Part shown: one piece after another, positions 63,853 to 64,000 of the stretch
Layout: every line of letters starts with the position of its first letter
Position numbering within the stretch: position 1 is the first letter of the stretch
Source of the DNA: Nemertoderma westbladi
Taxonomy: Eukaryota > Animalia > Xenacoelomorpha
Length of the DNA stretch: 64,000 nt
Direction: 5' to 3'
NCBI GenBank assembly: GCA_032718475.1
Contig: JAUCBJ010001223.1
Coordinates: 78,300 to 142,299 of the forward strand
The notes under the pieces: generated by a model
What the model was told of the DNA's origin: nothing
The model's input: the letters and a program-made list of their open reading frames with translations, nothing else
Database searches by the model: none
Position numbers and translations under genes: made by a program

Positions 63853-64000
63853 TATTATTAATATAATTTTCTAAAATTGTTTAGTTTTTTTTAACAAAGA
63901 ACCTTCCCACCACTCGATTCGGCAGATATTGAACTGTTCCTTTCCCAAATTGATAATTTACATTTGGATGCGAAATGCTAATTCATCGAGATGGGATTTC

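Overview
This is AT-rich eukaryotic (animal-like) genomic DNA made up almost entirely of nested transposable elements; no prokaryotic features, rRNA, tRNA or CRISPR arrays were seen. Retroelements: two near-identical copies (offset 12,041 bp) of a CR1/L2-group LINE (ORF1; PHD-APE-RT ORF2) inserted into an older LINE; a CRE-clade retrotransposon whose ORF begins with an unusual Ulp1/SENP (C48) protease plus a PHD finger; a young BEL/Pao LTR element with matching 453-bp LTRs; several RTE copies; and a Penelope-like remnant. DNA elements include foldback elements with GG..CC ends and 8-9 bp TSDs, plus piggyBac-, Tc1- and Kolobok-like non-autonomous elements, satellites and palindromes. Hidden among the repeats are a spliced host gene (4 exons seen) for a secreted beta/gamma-crystallin-domain protein and an intronless orphan C2H2/acidic gene with a TATA+Inr promoter. 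All family assignments come from motif recognition by eye, not database searches.
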